Part shown: one piece after another, positions 53,831 to 64,000 of the stretch
How the letters are laid out: each line of letters starts with the position of its first letter
Position numbering within the stretch: position 1 is the first letter of the stretch
Origin: Myxococcaceae bacterium
GTDB taxonomy: Bacteria > Myxococcota > Myxococcia > Myxococcales > Myxococcaceae
Assembly: GCA_036675345.1 (NCBI GenBank)
Contig: JAKFFE010000022.1
Location: 127,742 to 191,741, forward strand
Length of the DNA: 64,000 nucleotides
Reading direction: 5' to 3'
The notes under the pieces: model-generated
Told to the model about the DNA's origin: nothing
Databases searched by the model: none
Seen by the model: only the letters and a program-made list of their open reading frames with translations
Program-made: the position numbers and the translations under genes

Positions 53831-55447
53831 TCACGGTTCGTAGGCCCCGACGCTGTGGTGGGTCGCGTCTCGGACCGGGCCACTGGGCGCCAGGAACCCG
53901 GCCTCCAGCACTCCCAACGAGCGCGTCGGCTGGGTCGTCGCGTCCCCGGCGTTGATTGCCGGCGACCCGGGCAGCGGCCGGAACTCCAGGGGCAGCCGGT
54001 GGTTCGGCCAGAAGCTGACCCCCTCGGCAAAGAAGCCCTGCTCGAACAGCGTGGGGGCGCTGCCGTAGGCGCAGGTGGCGACCACGGTGCCGGTCCCGCC
54101 CGAACACCTCCAGGTCCCATCGTCGCTGTAGGACCAGAGCAGGTTGTGGTGCTCGTTGACCCCCGGGCGAAGGATCGCCACTCCCACGATGATGTTGTTC
54201 TCCAGAGTCAGCCCGGTGGCGTCAAAGCCAGGCGCCGGGTCCTGGAGGATGAAGCCCGCATTGAAGCGATACCGGCCATCCGGGGTGATCACCCCGTCGG
54301 TCTCGCGGTACTTGCCCACCAGCACGTTGTTCCGGACCACGACGTTCTCCGCCAGGCCGTAGATGCGCAGCGGGTAGTTGTTGTTGATGTCGTAGATCGC
54401 GTTGTTCTCGATCAGGACGTTGCTGTAGCTGGCGACATACCCGTCCCCGTCGTAGAGCATCATTCCCGGCGTGTCGTGGAACATCGAGTTGCGCACGGTG
54501 AGATCCCCGCTGCGGATCGAAACCGCGCTGCCATGGGGGTTGTTGCCGTCGCGCGGGCAGTAGTCATCCGACTCGGCCCAGTTGAAGTCGTGGCAGTGCA
54601 CCGCATCCACCAGCACGCCCCGGGTCCCCGGCTGGATGCGGATGCAGGACTGCACCCCTTCGTGGAACTGGCTGCGGAACACGGTCACCCCGGTGCTGCC
54701 GGAGATGAACGTCCCATACCCCATGCGGCGCGCGTGCACGCCCGAGATCAGCACGTCCTCCGAGTCGATCACTTGGATCGCGTGGACCACCAGATACTTG
54801 TTGGTTCCGGTCAGGGAAGAGCGGAACAGCCGCAAATGGGCGACGTTCGAGACCTGGACCGGGTTGGCCGCCTTCTGGTAGGTGGCGGAGCTCGCGCCGG
54901 GGAGCTGCGGATCTGCTCCCGGGTCCACCCAATCCGGTTCGACCCGGAGCCCATCGAAACGCAGGTAGGCGTCGGCCCGGGTGCTGTACTCCACCGAGAG
55001 GGAGGTCAGGACCGGCGTCTCTCCTTCGGCCGCCTTGAGGGTGACATATCCGGTTCGTCCCACCGGGGCGGTCTCCCGGAGCGCGCCGTGATTGCCGCTC
55101 AGCAACAGCGCGGCATCTCCGGCGGTCAGCGTGCTGAGCGCCTTGCCCAGGGTCAGCCAGGCCGTGCCCCGCGTGAGACCGTCTCGCGCATCGTCGCCGC
55201 TGATCGGGTCGACGTAATAGCTGGTCCCGGTGATGGTGTAGGGCTCCTCCGGGTCCGGGAACTCCACGGGGCTGCCCCCATCGGAGCCCCCTCCGGCGTC
55301 ACTGCTGCCTCCATCGGTGCTTCCCGCGTCAGTGCCGCCATCCGGCCCGGACTGGGACGTGCAAGCAGAGCCGAGCCACAGCAGCGCCAGCAGCGCCAGC
55401 AGCGCCAGCAGCGCCTGGAGGCAGAGACCGGAGCGAGCGGGGGACAT
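53831..55447 (-). CDS. Right-handed parallel beta-helix (pectin-lyase-fold) lipoprotein
   Basis: Signal LLALLALLALLWLGSAC. Gly/Asp/Ser-rich linker. Repeated beta-helix rungs (..NVLIENNAIYDINNNY.., ..NVVVRNNVLVG.., ..LTLENNIIVG..). Confidence 0.65.
   Translation of the reverse strand: MSPARSGLCLQALLALLALLALLWLGSACTSQSGPDGGTDAGSTDGGSSDAGGGSDGGSPVEFPDPEEPYTITGTSYYVDPISGDDARDGLTRGTAWLTLGKALSTLTAGDAALLLSGNHGALRETAPVGRTGYVTLKAAEGETPVLTSLSVEYSTRADAYLRFDGLRVEPDWVDPGADPQLPGASSATYQKAANPVQVSNVAHLRLFRSSLTGTNKYLVVHAIQVIDSEDVLISGVHARRMGYGTFISGSTGVTVFRSQFHEGVQSCIRIQPGTRGVLVDAVHCHDFNWAESDDYCPRDGNNPHGSAVSIRSGDLTVRNSMFHDTPGMMLYDGDGYVASYSNVLIENNAIYDINNNYPLRIYGLAENVVVRNNVLVGKYRETDGVITPDGRYRFNAGFILQDPAPGFDATGLTLENNIIVGVAILRPGVNEHHNLLWSYSDDGTWRCSGGTGTVVATCAYGSAPTLFEQGFFAEGVSFWPNHRLPLEFRPLPGSPAINAGDATTQPTRSLGVLEAGFLAPSGPVRDATHHSVGAYEP
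55379..55414. repeat. Tandem 9-nt repeat (CAGCAGCGC)x4 inside the beta-helix lipoprotein signal peptide
   Basis: cagcagcgc repeated four times. On the coding (minus) strand it encodes LLALLALLALLA. Confidence 0.8.
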
Positions 55448-55656
55448 GCGAGCCACCGTAGCAAGGGCGTTCCACGGCCCACAATTCCCCGTACGCCCCC
55501 CGGTTCTCCCCTTCGCGCGGGAGTCGCGCGTCATTGCCCCTTGAACTCAGCCTCCACCGCTGCGAAGCGAAGTAGCAGTGACTTCAATCCTCAAGGATCC
55601 ACGCCATTCTTGAATCACTCCAACAGCTCCGTGGCCATCACCCCGCCTGGATCGAC

Positions 55657-57060
55657 GTGCCGACGCTGCTTGCCTCCGCCTGCCTCGTCATTGCTTCCTG
55701 GCGATGGCGAGAGCGCAAGCCGGCACTCAGCGGCGTGCTTCTCGCCGCAACGGCTCTCCTGATCGGACTGGCAATGTCCGCGGACCCGCTGCTTCATCCA
55801 TGGGACGAACGCTTTCATGCGCTCGTCGCGAAGAACCTGCTGCGGCATCCGCTAACCCCGACGCTGTACGACACGCCCCTGCTTCAGACCGACACCTGGT
55901 GGGGCTCCACCCGCATTTGGCTGCACAAGCCTCCGCTCACGCTGTGGTTGATCGCCGCGTCCTACCGACTGTTCGGGGCCGTCGAGATGGCCACGCGCCT
56001 GCCCAGTGTCCTGTTGCTGGGCTGCGCCGTGTACTCCACGCACTGGATCGGCGTGACGCTCTTCTCACCGCGGGTGGCCTGGTTCGCAGCAGCGCTGCAC
56101 GCAACCAACGGTCGCGCACTGGAGATCGCTGCGGGGAGAACCTCGACGGACCACCCGGACTCGATCCTGGCAAGCCTCACCGCGATCGCGGTGGCAGTCG
56201 GAATCGCGCAGCGCCGGTCCCGCAACCCCTGGCTGACCCTGGCGCTCGGTCTGGTCGTTGGCGCGGCGCTGCTGACGAAGTGGTTGCCGGGATTGTTGGC
56301 GCTGGGACTGTGGGCGGTGTGGCTTCCATGGCGAGGTCAACCGCGACGATCAGCGTTGGAGGTGGCCGCGGTCACGGCCATCGCGTCGGTCGTTGCCCTG
56401 CCCTGGCAGGTCCACATCGCGCAGAGCTTCCCGGTGGAGGCGGCAGTCGAGAGCGCCTACAACTGGATCCACCTTCGTCAGCCGCTAGAGGGGCACTCGG
56501 GTACCCCCTTCTTCCATCTGGCGCGCATCCCGCTGGTGTTCGGAGAGGCCGCGTACCTCCCGTTGTTGTGGTTCGCCTACCGCCATCTGCGACGAGGCGC
56601 CTCCGAGTCGACCTGGTTGCTGGTGCTCTGGTTCGCGGTCCCGTATGGGTTCTTCGCGCTCGCGGCCACCAAGATGGCCAACTATGTGCTTCCGGCCGCG
56701 CCGGCCCTCTTCCTGATGCTGGGGGTGGTCCTGGTGGAATGGCTGGGCGCACTCACCACGTCCCTGGGCACCTGGAGGAGGCGAGCCCTCCTATTGGCCC
56801 TGGTGGCCACCGTTTTCTTCCCGATCCGGTCTACCTTCGACCGCTGGAAGCCCTTCAAGCGGTTCGCGGAGGCGGCTGACCGCTCCGAACGTCTCCGCAG
56901 CGAGGCGCGTCGGCTGCACCCCAGACCGTACGTGGTCTTCAACGCTCCGGACCCCATCCAGACCATGTTCTACGGGGCCTCCGCCGCGTATTCCTTTCCC
57001 CCCACCGACGATCACCTGCGTCTGGCCCAACAGCGAGGCTGGATAGTCCTGATTCGATGA
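55657..57060 (+). CDS. Glycosyltransferase family 39 (ArnT/PMT-like), second copy in the window
   Basis: ADPLLHPWDERFHALVA (DE motif in loop 1). About 11 TM helices. WLPGLLALGLWAV. Confidence 0.7.
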   Translation: MPTLLASACLVIASWRWRERKPALSGVLLAATALLIGLAMSADPLLHPWDERFHALVAKNLLRHPLTPTLYDTPLLQTDTWWGSTRIWLHKPPLTLWLIAASYRLFGAVEMATRLPSVLLLGCAVYSTHWIGVTLFSPRVAWFAAALHATNGRALEIAAGRTSTDHPDSILASLTAIAVAVGIAQRRSRNPWLTLALGLVVGAALLTKWLPGLLALGLWAVWLPWRGQPRRSALEVAAVTAIASVVALPWQVHIAQSFPVEAAVESAYNWIHLRQPLEGHSGTPFFHLARIPLVFGEAAYLPLLWFAYRHLRRGASESTWLLVLWFAVPYGFFALAATKMANYVLPAAPALFLMLGVVLVEWLGALTTSLGTWRRRALLLALVATVFFPIRSTFDRWKPFKRFAEAADRSERLRSEARRLHPRPYVVFNAPDPIQTMFYGASAAYSFPPTDDHLRLAQQRGWIVLIR

Positions 57061-57128
57061 GTGCCCCCACCGACTTGCCTCGGGTCGCGCTTCATTGCCC
57101 CCTCTGCGTCGGATAGGTTCCCCCGGCG

Positions 57129-58166
57129 ATGGCGCGATCAGGGGACGGGGACGAGGACATTCTCACCGGCGGGCAGAAGCCGGACGAGGTCGGGCTGGAG
57201 GCCTCGCTGCGTCCCCGGAATTTCACCGAGTACGTCGGGCAGACCGGGGTGGTGGAGAAGCTGAAGGTCTACGTGCGCGCCGCCCGCTCCCGGGGGGAGG
57301 CGTTGGACCACTGCCTGTTCTCCGGACCTCCCGGGCTGGGGAAGACCTCGCTGGCGCACATCATCGCCAACGAGCTGGGGGTGGGGCTGCACGTCACCAG
57401 CGGTCCGGCGATCGAACGCAAGGGTGACCTGGCAGGGCTGCTGACCAACCTCCAGCCCCGGGACGTGCTGTTCATCGACGAGATCCACCGGCTGCAGCCG
57501 GCGGTGGAGGAGTACCTCTACCCGGCGATGGAGGACTTCCGCCTGGATGTGATGATCGACACCGGGCCGGCGGCGCGGGCGATGAAGATCGATCTTCCTC
57601 CCTTCACCCTGGCCGGGGCCACCACCCGCACCGGACTGCTCACCTCTCCCTTGCGGGACCGGTTCCAGATCCAGGAGCGGCTGGAGTTCTACCCGCCGGA
57701 GATCCTGGAGCAGATCGTCACCCGCTCCGCCCGCATCCTGGGGGTGGAGTTGGAGGCCTCCGGCGCGCAGGAGATCGCCCGTCGCTCCCGCGGCACCCCC
57801 CGCATCGCCAACCGGCTGCTGCGCCGGCTGCGCGACTTTGCCCAGGTGGAGGGGGACGGGGTGATCTCCAAGCGGGTGGCGGCCAACGCGCTCAAGCGGC
57901 TGGAGATCGACGAGGCCGGGCTGGACCCGATGGACCGCAAGATCCTGCTCACGGTGATCGAGAAGTTCGGTGGCGGCCCGGTGGGAGTGGAGACCATTGC
58001 CGCCGCGGTGGGGGAGGAGCGGGAGACGGTGGAGGACGTGTACGAACCCTTCCTGCTCCAGCAGGGGTTCATCCACCGCACCCCCCGAGGCCGGATGGCC
58101 ACCCTCATGGCCTACCAGTACTTCAGCAAGAAGCCGCCCGCCGGCAGTCAGGGGAGTCTGCTGTGA
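57129..58166 (+). CDS. ruvB: Holliday junction ATP-dependent DNA helicase RuvB
   Basis: Walker [12 protein letters not shown]. Walker [11 protein letters not shown]. Sensor and winged-helix C-terminus. 345 aa. Confidence 0.9.
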   Translation: MARSGDGDEDILTGGQKPDEVGLEASLRPRNFTEYVGQTGVVEKLKVYVRAARSRGEALDHCLFSGPPGLGKTSLAHIIANELGVGLHVTSGPAIERKGDLAGLLTNLQPRDVLFIDEIHRLQPAVEEYLYPAMEDFRLDVMIDTGPAARAMKIDLPPFTLAGATTRTGLLTSPLRDRFQIQERLEFYPPEILEQIVTRSARILGVELEASGAQEIARRSRGTPRIANRLLRRLRDFAQVEGDGVISKRVAANALKRLEIDEAGLDPMDRKILLTVIEKFGGGPVGVETIAAAVGEERETVEDVYEPFLLQQGFIHRTPRGRMATLMAYQYFSKKPPAGSQGSLL

Positions 58167-59638
58167 GCTCACCGTCCATCGCCGCCATCGCCCCCCCCAC
58201 CCGGTCCGCCCGGGACTTCTTCGCCGAGCTGGTCCGCCACACCCAGCCCCAGCACGGCTTCCTGGAGGCCCGCGAGGCCTGGCTGCGCTCGGTGCAGGTG
58301 GAGGGCCGCGAGGAGCTGCTCTTCGAGTTCGAGATGCTGCTCCGCGGGATCGAGCGCTACTTCAACCTCCACAACCTGCCGCTGGATCAGGACAACCCGC
58401 CGGTGGTCACCCGGGACTTCAAACCGGAGCTGCTGGACGTCCGCGACGCGCTGGACCAGGCGATCCGGCTGGCCCGCCGGCTGCTCGATCCGGGGGCGGA
58501 CCAGAAGATGCTGTTCCGCCGCTACGTGGAGTCGCAGCTGCTCTCCGACGACCGCGCCCGCCGCGAGCTGCTGGAGCAGGCGCTGGATCAGGACACCCCC
58601 CAGGAGGCGCTGTTCGTGCTGCGCCAGTCCTTCGATTCACTGCGGGTGGTGATCGATCAGCTGGCCCGTTTGGAGTCCTGCTCCTACGCGGTGTTCACCG
58701 AGGTGGGGAACCTGGCCCTGCGGGAGATCGTCCTCAACCGCTTCTTCCGGCCCTTTCGCCCGCTGGAGTTCCGGCTGGAGTACGACCGGATCCGCTCGGT
58801 GCAGTTGCTGGAGCTGCTGGCCCGGGCCCCGGACGCCGAGCGCCGCTTCTTCACCACCGCCCTGCTGGGGCTGTTCCGGTTGCTGCACTACCTCTCCTAC
58901 GTCGGCGACGCCGACCGCGCGCGCGACCCCCGGACCCGGGTGGTGCTGGCCCTGGTGCGCAGCGAGTCCGCCACCCTGGTCACCCACCTGCGGGGGGAGG
59001 CGGTGGCCGGGCTCTCCGAGAAGCGGACCCAGGCCGGGGCGCTGAAGATCGCCCGGGACATCGCCCGGGCGGTGGAAGAGATCATCGGCGGGCTGTTCGA
59101 GGGGGACGGCGCCGCCGGCGCCCAGCTCAAGGCGGCGGTGGCCTTCACCGAGCTGTTCCGCAAGCAGATCGCGGTGGTGGCCCGGGCCCTGGACCCGGCG
59201 CTGGGCGGGGAGGACCTCTTCGCCCGGCTGGTCTCCACCGCCGACAAGTCGCTGCGGCTGCGCCAGGACCTGTGGGTCCTCTCTGATCTGTGCCGCTCGG
59301 CCCAGGCGGCCTTTGCCCTGGACGAGACCGGGGACGCCTCGATGGACGCGCTGGCCTACCTGCGCGAGTTCGTCGGCTATTTCCACGAGGTCGGCTACCA
59401 GCTGCTCCGCTACGGGGACTTCGAGGCCTTCGACCGCTTCGCCGAGCAGATTACCTCCCTGGAGCTTCCCCCCTCCCAGCCCGGGGCCCGGGCCCGGTTG
59501 GCCGAGGAGTGCCGGCTGTTCGCCCAGGTGTCGGAGACAATCTTCACCCACGTCTCCCGCCGCGCCGACCTGGCCGGGCGGAGGTTCGACCTGACCCAGG
59601 CCGAACGGCTGCTGGCGCGCTTCCGCCCCCTGGATTGA
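58163..59638 (+). CDS. Conserved hypothetical protein (491 aa, helical)
   Basis: GTG overlapping the ruvB stop (GTGA). Non-repetitive helical protein. No family recognised. Confidence 0.5.
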   Translation: MSSPSIAAIAPPTRSARDFFAELVRHTQPQHGFLEAREAWLRSVQVEGREELLFEFEMLLRGIERYFNLHNLPLDQDNPPVVTRDFKPELLDVRDALDQAIRLARRLLDPGADQKMLFRRYVESQLLSDDRARRELLEQALDQDTPQEALFVLRQSFDSLRVVIDQLARLESCSYAVFTEVGNLALREIVLNRFFRPFRPLEFRLEYDRIRSVQLLELLARAPDAERRFFTTALLGLFRLLHYLSYVGDADRARDPRTRVVLALVRSESATLVTHLRGEAVAGLSEKRTQAGALKIARDIARAVEEIIGGLFEGDGAAGAQLKAAVAFTELFRKQIAVVARALDPALGGEDLFARLVSTADKSLRLRQDLWVLSDLCRSAQAAFALDETGDASMDALAYLREFVGYFHEVGYQLLRYGDFEAFDRFAEQITSLELPPSQPGARARLAEECRLFAQVSETIFTHVSRRADLAGRRFDLTQAERLLARFRPLD

Positions 59639-60007
59639 CCTCCGTACCGTCCAGTACGCAAATGTCCCGGACCGGACATGGATGCCCTGGTTGACGCGCC
59701 GCATCCGTGGAGAAGCCCATCGGTCGGGTTCTCTCCTCGGCAAACTCCCGGATTTCCAGGCCACAAAGGAATTGCATCGGCGCCGCGGACTGCGATAAGC
59801 CGCGCCCCGGCAGGACACTGCTGTCGCGGTAACAGTTTTCCAAGGCGGCGCGACGTAAGAGGCGCCAAGAAATTCAGGTGGTTGGGAACTCCTGATAGAG
59901 CATGACGTGCCGCGGGGTGGCACGTGGCTTGCTCTCCGACGCGGTGCATCGTCCGTGCGGAACAGTTTCGTATCGGTGCGCGGGATCAACGAGGGGCTAC
60001 ACCGAGC

Positions 60008-60952
60008 ATGTCAGCGACGTCCTCCTTCAATCAGCGGACCCTCCGGGAGCCGATTTCCTGTGATGGGATCGGGCTGCACTCCGGGCAGAGCGTGACCATT
60101 CGCCTGGTGCCCGCTCCGGCGGACCACGGGATCGTGTTCGTCCGCACCGATGTGACCCCCACGGTCAGCATCCCCGCGCTCTCCGAATTCGTGGTCGACA
60201 CCTCGCTGGCCACCACCCTGGGCAAGGATGGGGTCAAGGTCGGGACGATCGAACACCTGATGGCGGCCCTGGCCGGCCTGGGTATCGACAATGTCCGGAT
60301 CGAGATCAATGGTCCGGAGGTCCCGATCATGGACGGCAGCGCGGCTCCGTTCGCCTACCTGATCAAGACCGCCGGGATCCGGATCCAGGACGAGGCCAAG
60401 AGCTTCGTGGTGATCAAGAAGCCGGTCTCGGTGGTGGCGGGGGACAAGGAAGCGTCCTTCTCTCCCTGCGATCGGCTGCGGATCTCCTGCACCATCGACT
60501 TCAAGCACCCGCTGATCTCCGACCAGCGCTACGACCTGGACTTCTCCGACCGGGCCTTCTCCCGCGAGATCTCCCGCGCCCGGACCTTCGGGTTCCTCAA
60601 GGACGTGGAGAAGCTCAAGCAGATGGGCCTGGCCCGCGGCGGGGGCCTGGAGAACGCCATCGTGGTGGACGAGTTCTCCATCCTCAACCCGGACGGGCTG
60701 CGGTTCCCCGACGAGTTCGTGCGGCACAAGATCCTGGACGCGCTGGGAGACGTCTCCCTGTTCGGCCGCCCGGTGATCGGCCACATGAAGGCCTTCAAGA
60801 CCGGCCACGCGCTGAACCAGAAGCTGGTGCAGGCGGTGCTGGCGGACGCCTCGCAGTACGAGGTGGTCCGCGCCCGCAAGCGTGAGATCGAGCGCCTCTC
60901 GCTGCGGATGGTCGATCTGACCGGCATGCTCGAGCAGCCGCTGGTCGCCTGA
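60008..60952 (+). CDS. lpxC: UDP-3-O-acyl-N-acetylglucosamine deacetylase
   Basis: GIGLHSG, TIEHLMAAL, HKILDALGD and HMKAFKTGHALN are canonical LpxC motifs. ATG at 60008. Confidence 0.9.
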   Translation: MSATSSFNQRTLREPISCDGIGLHSGQSVTIRLVPAPADHGIVFVRTDVTPTVSIPALSEFVVDTSLATTLGKDGVKVGTIEHLMAALAGLGIDNVRIEINGPEVPIMDGSAAPFAYLIKTAGIRIQDEAKSFVVIKKPVSVVAGDKEASFSPCDRLRISCTIDFKHPLISDQRYDLDFSDRAFSREISRARTFGFLKDVEKLKQMGLARGGGLENAIVVDEFSILNPDGLRFPDEFVRHKILDALGDVSLFGRPVIGHMKAFKTGHALNQKLVQAVLADASQYEVVRARKREIERLSLRMVDLTGMLEQPLVA

Positions 60953-61061
60953 ACCCCCGCCTGGCCCTCGCGGCCGGGCAGGGCGTCGTGTCCGGGAAGG
61001 GACCCGCACGCAGGGTGTTCTTCCTTGCGTAGCCCACCCCTCACTTCTATATGCCCCGCCC

Positions 61062-62153
61062 ATGATCCCATCCGCACGCGCCCTCCTCTGGGCCTCCGTT
61101 TCAGTCGTCGTCGCCTTCTCCGCCGCCTGCAACAAGGAGAAGGCTCCCGCCACCAACGGCGGTAGCGCTCCCGCCGCCGCGGCCGGGTCTGCTCCTGCCG
61201 CCAAGATGGATCCCTCCACCCCGGTGGCCGAGGTGGCCGGTGAGAAGATCACCGCCGGTGAGCTGGACAAGCAGGTCGGCCCGCAGCTGGAGGCGATGCA
61301 GGCGGAGCTGGAGAAGCAGATGTTCGACGCCCGCAAGCAGGCGTTGGACTCGATGATCATCGAGAAGCTGGTCAAGGCCGAGGCCGCCAAGAAGAGCCTG
61401 ACCGACGAGCAGTGGATCGCCCAGGAAGTGGACGGGAAGATCGCGCAGCCCTCGGACGCCGAGATGCAGAAGATGTACGAGGAGGCCAAGGCCCGCCTCC
61501 CGCCCGGCACCTCCTTCGAGACCGTCAAGCCGCAGATCGCCCAGTACCTGACCCGCGCCGAGCGCCAGAAGACGATGAGCGCCCTCTTCGAGAAGCTGAA
61601 GAAGGACGCCAACGTCAAGGTGCTGCTCTCCCAGCCCCGCAAGCAGGTGGCGGCCATCGGCCCCTCCAAAGGCCCGGACGACGCCAAGATCACCATCGTC
61701 GAGTTCTCCGACTTCGAGTGCCCGTACTGCAGCAAGGCGGAGGAGGCGGTGAAGCAGGTGATGGACAGCTACGCGGGCAAGGTGAAGCTGGTGTTCCGTC
61801 ACTTCCCGCTCAACTTCCACCCCAACGCCCAGAAGGCCGCCGAGGCCTCGGCCTGCGCGGATGACCAGGGCAAGTTCTGGGCGCTGCACGAGGCGATGTT
61901 CGCCAACCAGCGCGCCCTGGGCGTGGACCAGCTGAAGGGCTACGCCGAGAAGGCCGGGCTGGACATGACCAAGTTCAACCAGTGCCTGGACACCGGCGCC
62001 AAGGCGGAGCTGGTGAAGAAGGACATGCAGGACGGCTCCAAGGTGGGCGTCAACGGCACCCCGGCCTTCTTCATCAACGGGATCCCGCTCTCCGGCGCGG
62101 TGCCCTTCGAGCAGTTCAAGGAGGTCATCGACCAGGAGCTGTCCGCGACCTAG
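61062..62153 (+). CDS. DsbA-family thiol:disulfide oxidoreductase lipoprotein with an N-terminal helical (SurA-N-like) extension
   Basis: Lipobox VVAFSAACNK. Thioredoxin fold with FECPYCSKA (CPYC) and a cis-Pro region GTPAFFING. Confidence 0.8.
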   Translation: MIPSARALLWASVSVVVAFSAACNKEKAPATNGGSAPAAAAGSAPAAKMDPSTPVAEVAGEKITAGELDKQVGPQLEAMQAELEKQMFDARKQALDSMIIEKLVKAEAAKKSLTDEQWIAQEVDGKIAQPSDAEMQKMYEEAKARLPPGTSFETVKPQIAQYLTRAERQKTMSALFEKLKKDANVKVLLSQPRKQVAAIGPSKGPDDAKITIVEFSDFECPYCSKAEEAVKQVMDSYAGKVKLVFRHFPLNFHPNAQKAAEASACADDQGKFWALHEAMFANQRALGVDQLKGYAEKAGLDMTKFNQCLDTGAKAELVKKDMQDGSKVGVNGTPAFFINGIPLSGAVPFEQFKEVIDQELSAT

Positions 62154-62168
62154 CGGCGGTTCCTTCCG

Positions 62169-63395
62169 GTGACGCTGTACTCCAAAGCGGTGGTGGCGGC
62201 GCCCGGCGGCGCGCTGGGGATCGAGCTCGATGAGGAGCTCTCCTCGGAGCTGAGGCCGGGCGCCCACCTGGACGCGATCAGCTATGGGCCGGAGGGCCTG
62301 CTGCTGTTGCGTCCGGGGGCCTCGCTGGCGGGCTACTACGCCGGCAGCCTGCTCTCGGTGTCCCTGGCGGAGGTATTCCAGCACGTGCTGGCCGGGATCC
62401 GCACCGGGAAGCTGGTGGTGGCCTTTGGCGCGGTCAAGAAGACAGTCAGCTTCCGCAACGGTCAGGTGACCTTCGCCACCTCCACCGAGACCCACGAGCG
62501 GCTGGGCTCGGCGCTGGTGCGGCTCTCGGTGCTGGATCGTCAGGAGCTGCAGCGGGCGCTGGGCGAGGTCCGCCCCGGGCTGCGGCTGGGACAGGTGCTG
62601 ACCCAGAGCGGACGGATCAAGCCCGCCGCCCTCTACGCGGCGATGACCTATCTGGTCCGGGAGATCACCGTGGACCTGTTCCAGATGGCCTCCGGTGAGT
62701 TCCTGTTCCTGGAGGGCGCGCAGGGGCCGGAGGACATGCTGCGGCTGCCCGAGCGCACCCGGGATCTGGTGCTGGAGGGGATCCGCCGCGGGGAGGAGAC
62801 CGCGCTGCTGCGCCGGCGGCTGCGCCCCGGGTTGCAGGTCCGGCGCGGCTCCGGCCCCAGCTCCCCGGAGCGGTCCGCGATCCTGGCCCGGCTGCAGGCC
62901 GGTACGCAGGAGCTGGGCGCCCTGCGCACCGGCTTCGAGGGCAGCGATCATGCGTTCTTCTCCTGGGTGGAGGAGGCGCTGCGCAGCGGCGAGCTGGCGC
63001 CGGTGCAGGAGCCGCCGGCCGCGCCCGCTCCCACCCCCCGGGAGGCCCGCAGCACCCTGCAGCTGTACGCGGCGCTGATCGAGACCATCTCCACCGCGCT
63101 GCTGGTGGCGGGCCGGGATCTGACCCCGCTGCGGTCGTTTTTGGACGAACCCCAGCCGGGCACCGAGCAGGCCTTCGCCGGGGTCACCCTCTCCGAGGAC
63201 GGGGAGCTGGATGTGGCCCGGGTGGTGAAGAACCTGGAACCCCTGGGGCACGTGGTGGGCCGGGTGCGGACCTACGAGGCGCTCAATGCCTTCGTCTCCT
63301 ACGCCCTGTTCTCGGCCAAGAACCACCTCCCGCAGGATCTGGCCGCCTCGCTGGATCAGCAGATGCTGGAGTTCATGGAACAGGTGACCGCGTGA
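62169..63395 (+). CDS. DUF4388-domain protein (third in the window)
   Basis: GSLLSVSLAEVFQHVLAGIRTGKLVVAFGAVKKTVSFRNGQVTFATS matches the DUF4388 pattern. A second similar segment lies near aa 150-200. Confidence 0.55.
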   Translation: MTLYSKAVVAAPGGALGIELDEELSSELRPGAHLDAISYGPEGLLLLRPGASLAGYYAGSLLSVSLAEVFQHVLAGIRTGKLVVAFGAVKKTVSFRNGQVTFATSTETHERLGSALVRLSVLDRQELQRALGEVRPGLRLGQVLTQSGRIKPAALYAAMTYLVREITVDLFQMASGEFLFLEGAQGPEDMLRLPERTRDLVLEGIRRGEETALLRRRLRPGLQVRRGSGPSSPERSAILARLQAGTQELGALRTGFEGSDHAFFSWVEEALRSGELAPVQEPPAAPAPTPREARSTLQLYAALIETISTALLVAGRDLTPLRSFLDEPQPGTEQAFAGVTLSEDGELDVARVVKNLEPLGHVVGRVRTYEALNAFVSYALFSAKNHLPQDLAASLDQQMLEFMEQVTA

Positions 63396-64000
63396 ACCCT
63401 CTCTCCTCCCGGTTGGCCCTGGCTGCCGATCTCCCCTTGCCCGAGGCGCAGCGGGTGTGGCGCGCGGTCCGGGGGCAGGTGGGGGTGGCCAAGGTGGGCC
63501 TCTCCTTGTTCGTGGAGCACGGCCCGGCGGCGGTGCGCGCCTTCCAGGAGGACGGCGGGCGGGTGTTCCTGGACCTGAAGCTGCACGACATCCCCAACAC
63601 CGTGGAGCTGGCCGCGCGCCGGGCCGGGGAGCTGGGGGTGGCCTTCCTCACCGTGCACGCCTCCGGCGGCAAGGGGATGCTGGAGGCTGCCGCCCGGGGT
63701 GCGGCGGAGGGCGCGGCCAGGGCCGGCCACCCGGCGCCGAAGCTGCTGGCGGTCACCGTGCTCACCTCGATGGGGGAGGCGGATCTGGCCTCGGTGGGAC
63801 ACACCCACTCCGCCCCCGAGCTGGTGCTGCGGCTGGCCCAGCTGGCGCAGCAGGCGGGGATCGACGGGCTGGTGTGCTCGCCGCGCGAGGTGCAGGGACT
63901 GCGCGAACGGTTCGGTCCTTCGCTCTTCCTCTGTACCCCCGGGATCCGCCCCGCCGGCGCTGCCCAGGGGGATCAGACCCGCGCCGAGACCCCCGGCTTC
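63392..64000 (+). CDS. pyrF: Orotidine-5'-phosphate decarboxylase (3' truncated by the window edge)
   Basis: GTG overlapping the upstream stop. LALAAD...AKVGLSLF...VFLDLKLHDIPNTV matches the OMPdecase signature DxKxxDIP. Confidence 0.85.
   Translation, partial: MNPLSSRLALAADLPLPEAQRVWRAVRGQVGVAKVGLSLFVEHGPAAVRAFQEDGGRVFLDLKLHDIPNTVELAARRAGELGVAFLTVHASGGKGMLEAAARGAAEGAARAGHPAPKLLAVTVLTSMGEADLASVGHTHSAPELVLRLAQLAQQAGIDGLVCSPREVQGLRERFGPSLFLCTPGIRPAGAAQGDQTRAETPGF

Overview
This is a very GC-rich (about 70%) chromosomal segment with myxobacterial character: a Hanks-type kinase, PEGA, Kelch and TPR proteins, GT39 glycosyltransferases, DUF4388 proteins and a mevalonate pathway. The high GC produces long spurious shadow ORFs on every strand, so calls rest on recognisable protein families, signal peptides and operon logic. 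Core content is as follows. (i) A mevalonate operon (type-2 IPP isomerase, class II HMG-CoA reductase, mevalonate kinase, diphosphomevalonate decarboxylase, phosphomevalonate kinase) that is interrupted by a 1.5-kb lower-GC insertion bounded by paired hairpin repeats. (ii) A complete ISC Fe-S operon (iscS-iscU-iscA-hscB-hscA-fdx) with no iscR, followed by tRNA-Leu(CAG). (iii) ruvC-ruvA separated from ruvB by about 8.4 kb of accessory genes (lipoprotein, SH3 membrane protein, MBL hydrolase plus Zn-ADH pair, two small SUFU-like/unknown genes, a beta-helix lipoprotein, GT39). (iv) An imelysin-HTTM-TonB receptor cluster. (v) A decayed RelE/ParE toxin beside an intact antitoxin. (vi) Three DUF4388 proteins, two of them fused to receiver domains. 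The remaining genes are housekeeping and signalling functions (map, lpxC, pyrF 5' part, dsbD-like, DsbA-like, YebC, M16 peptidase, histidine kinase, Ser/Thr kinase, O-antigen ligase, GT4). No CRISPR array, rRNA or recognisable transposase was seen. Coordinates of internal start codons are approximate (plus or minus 3 nt).
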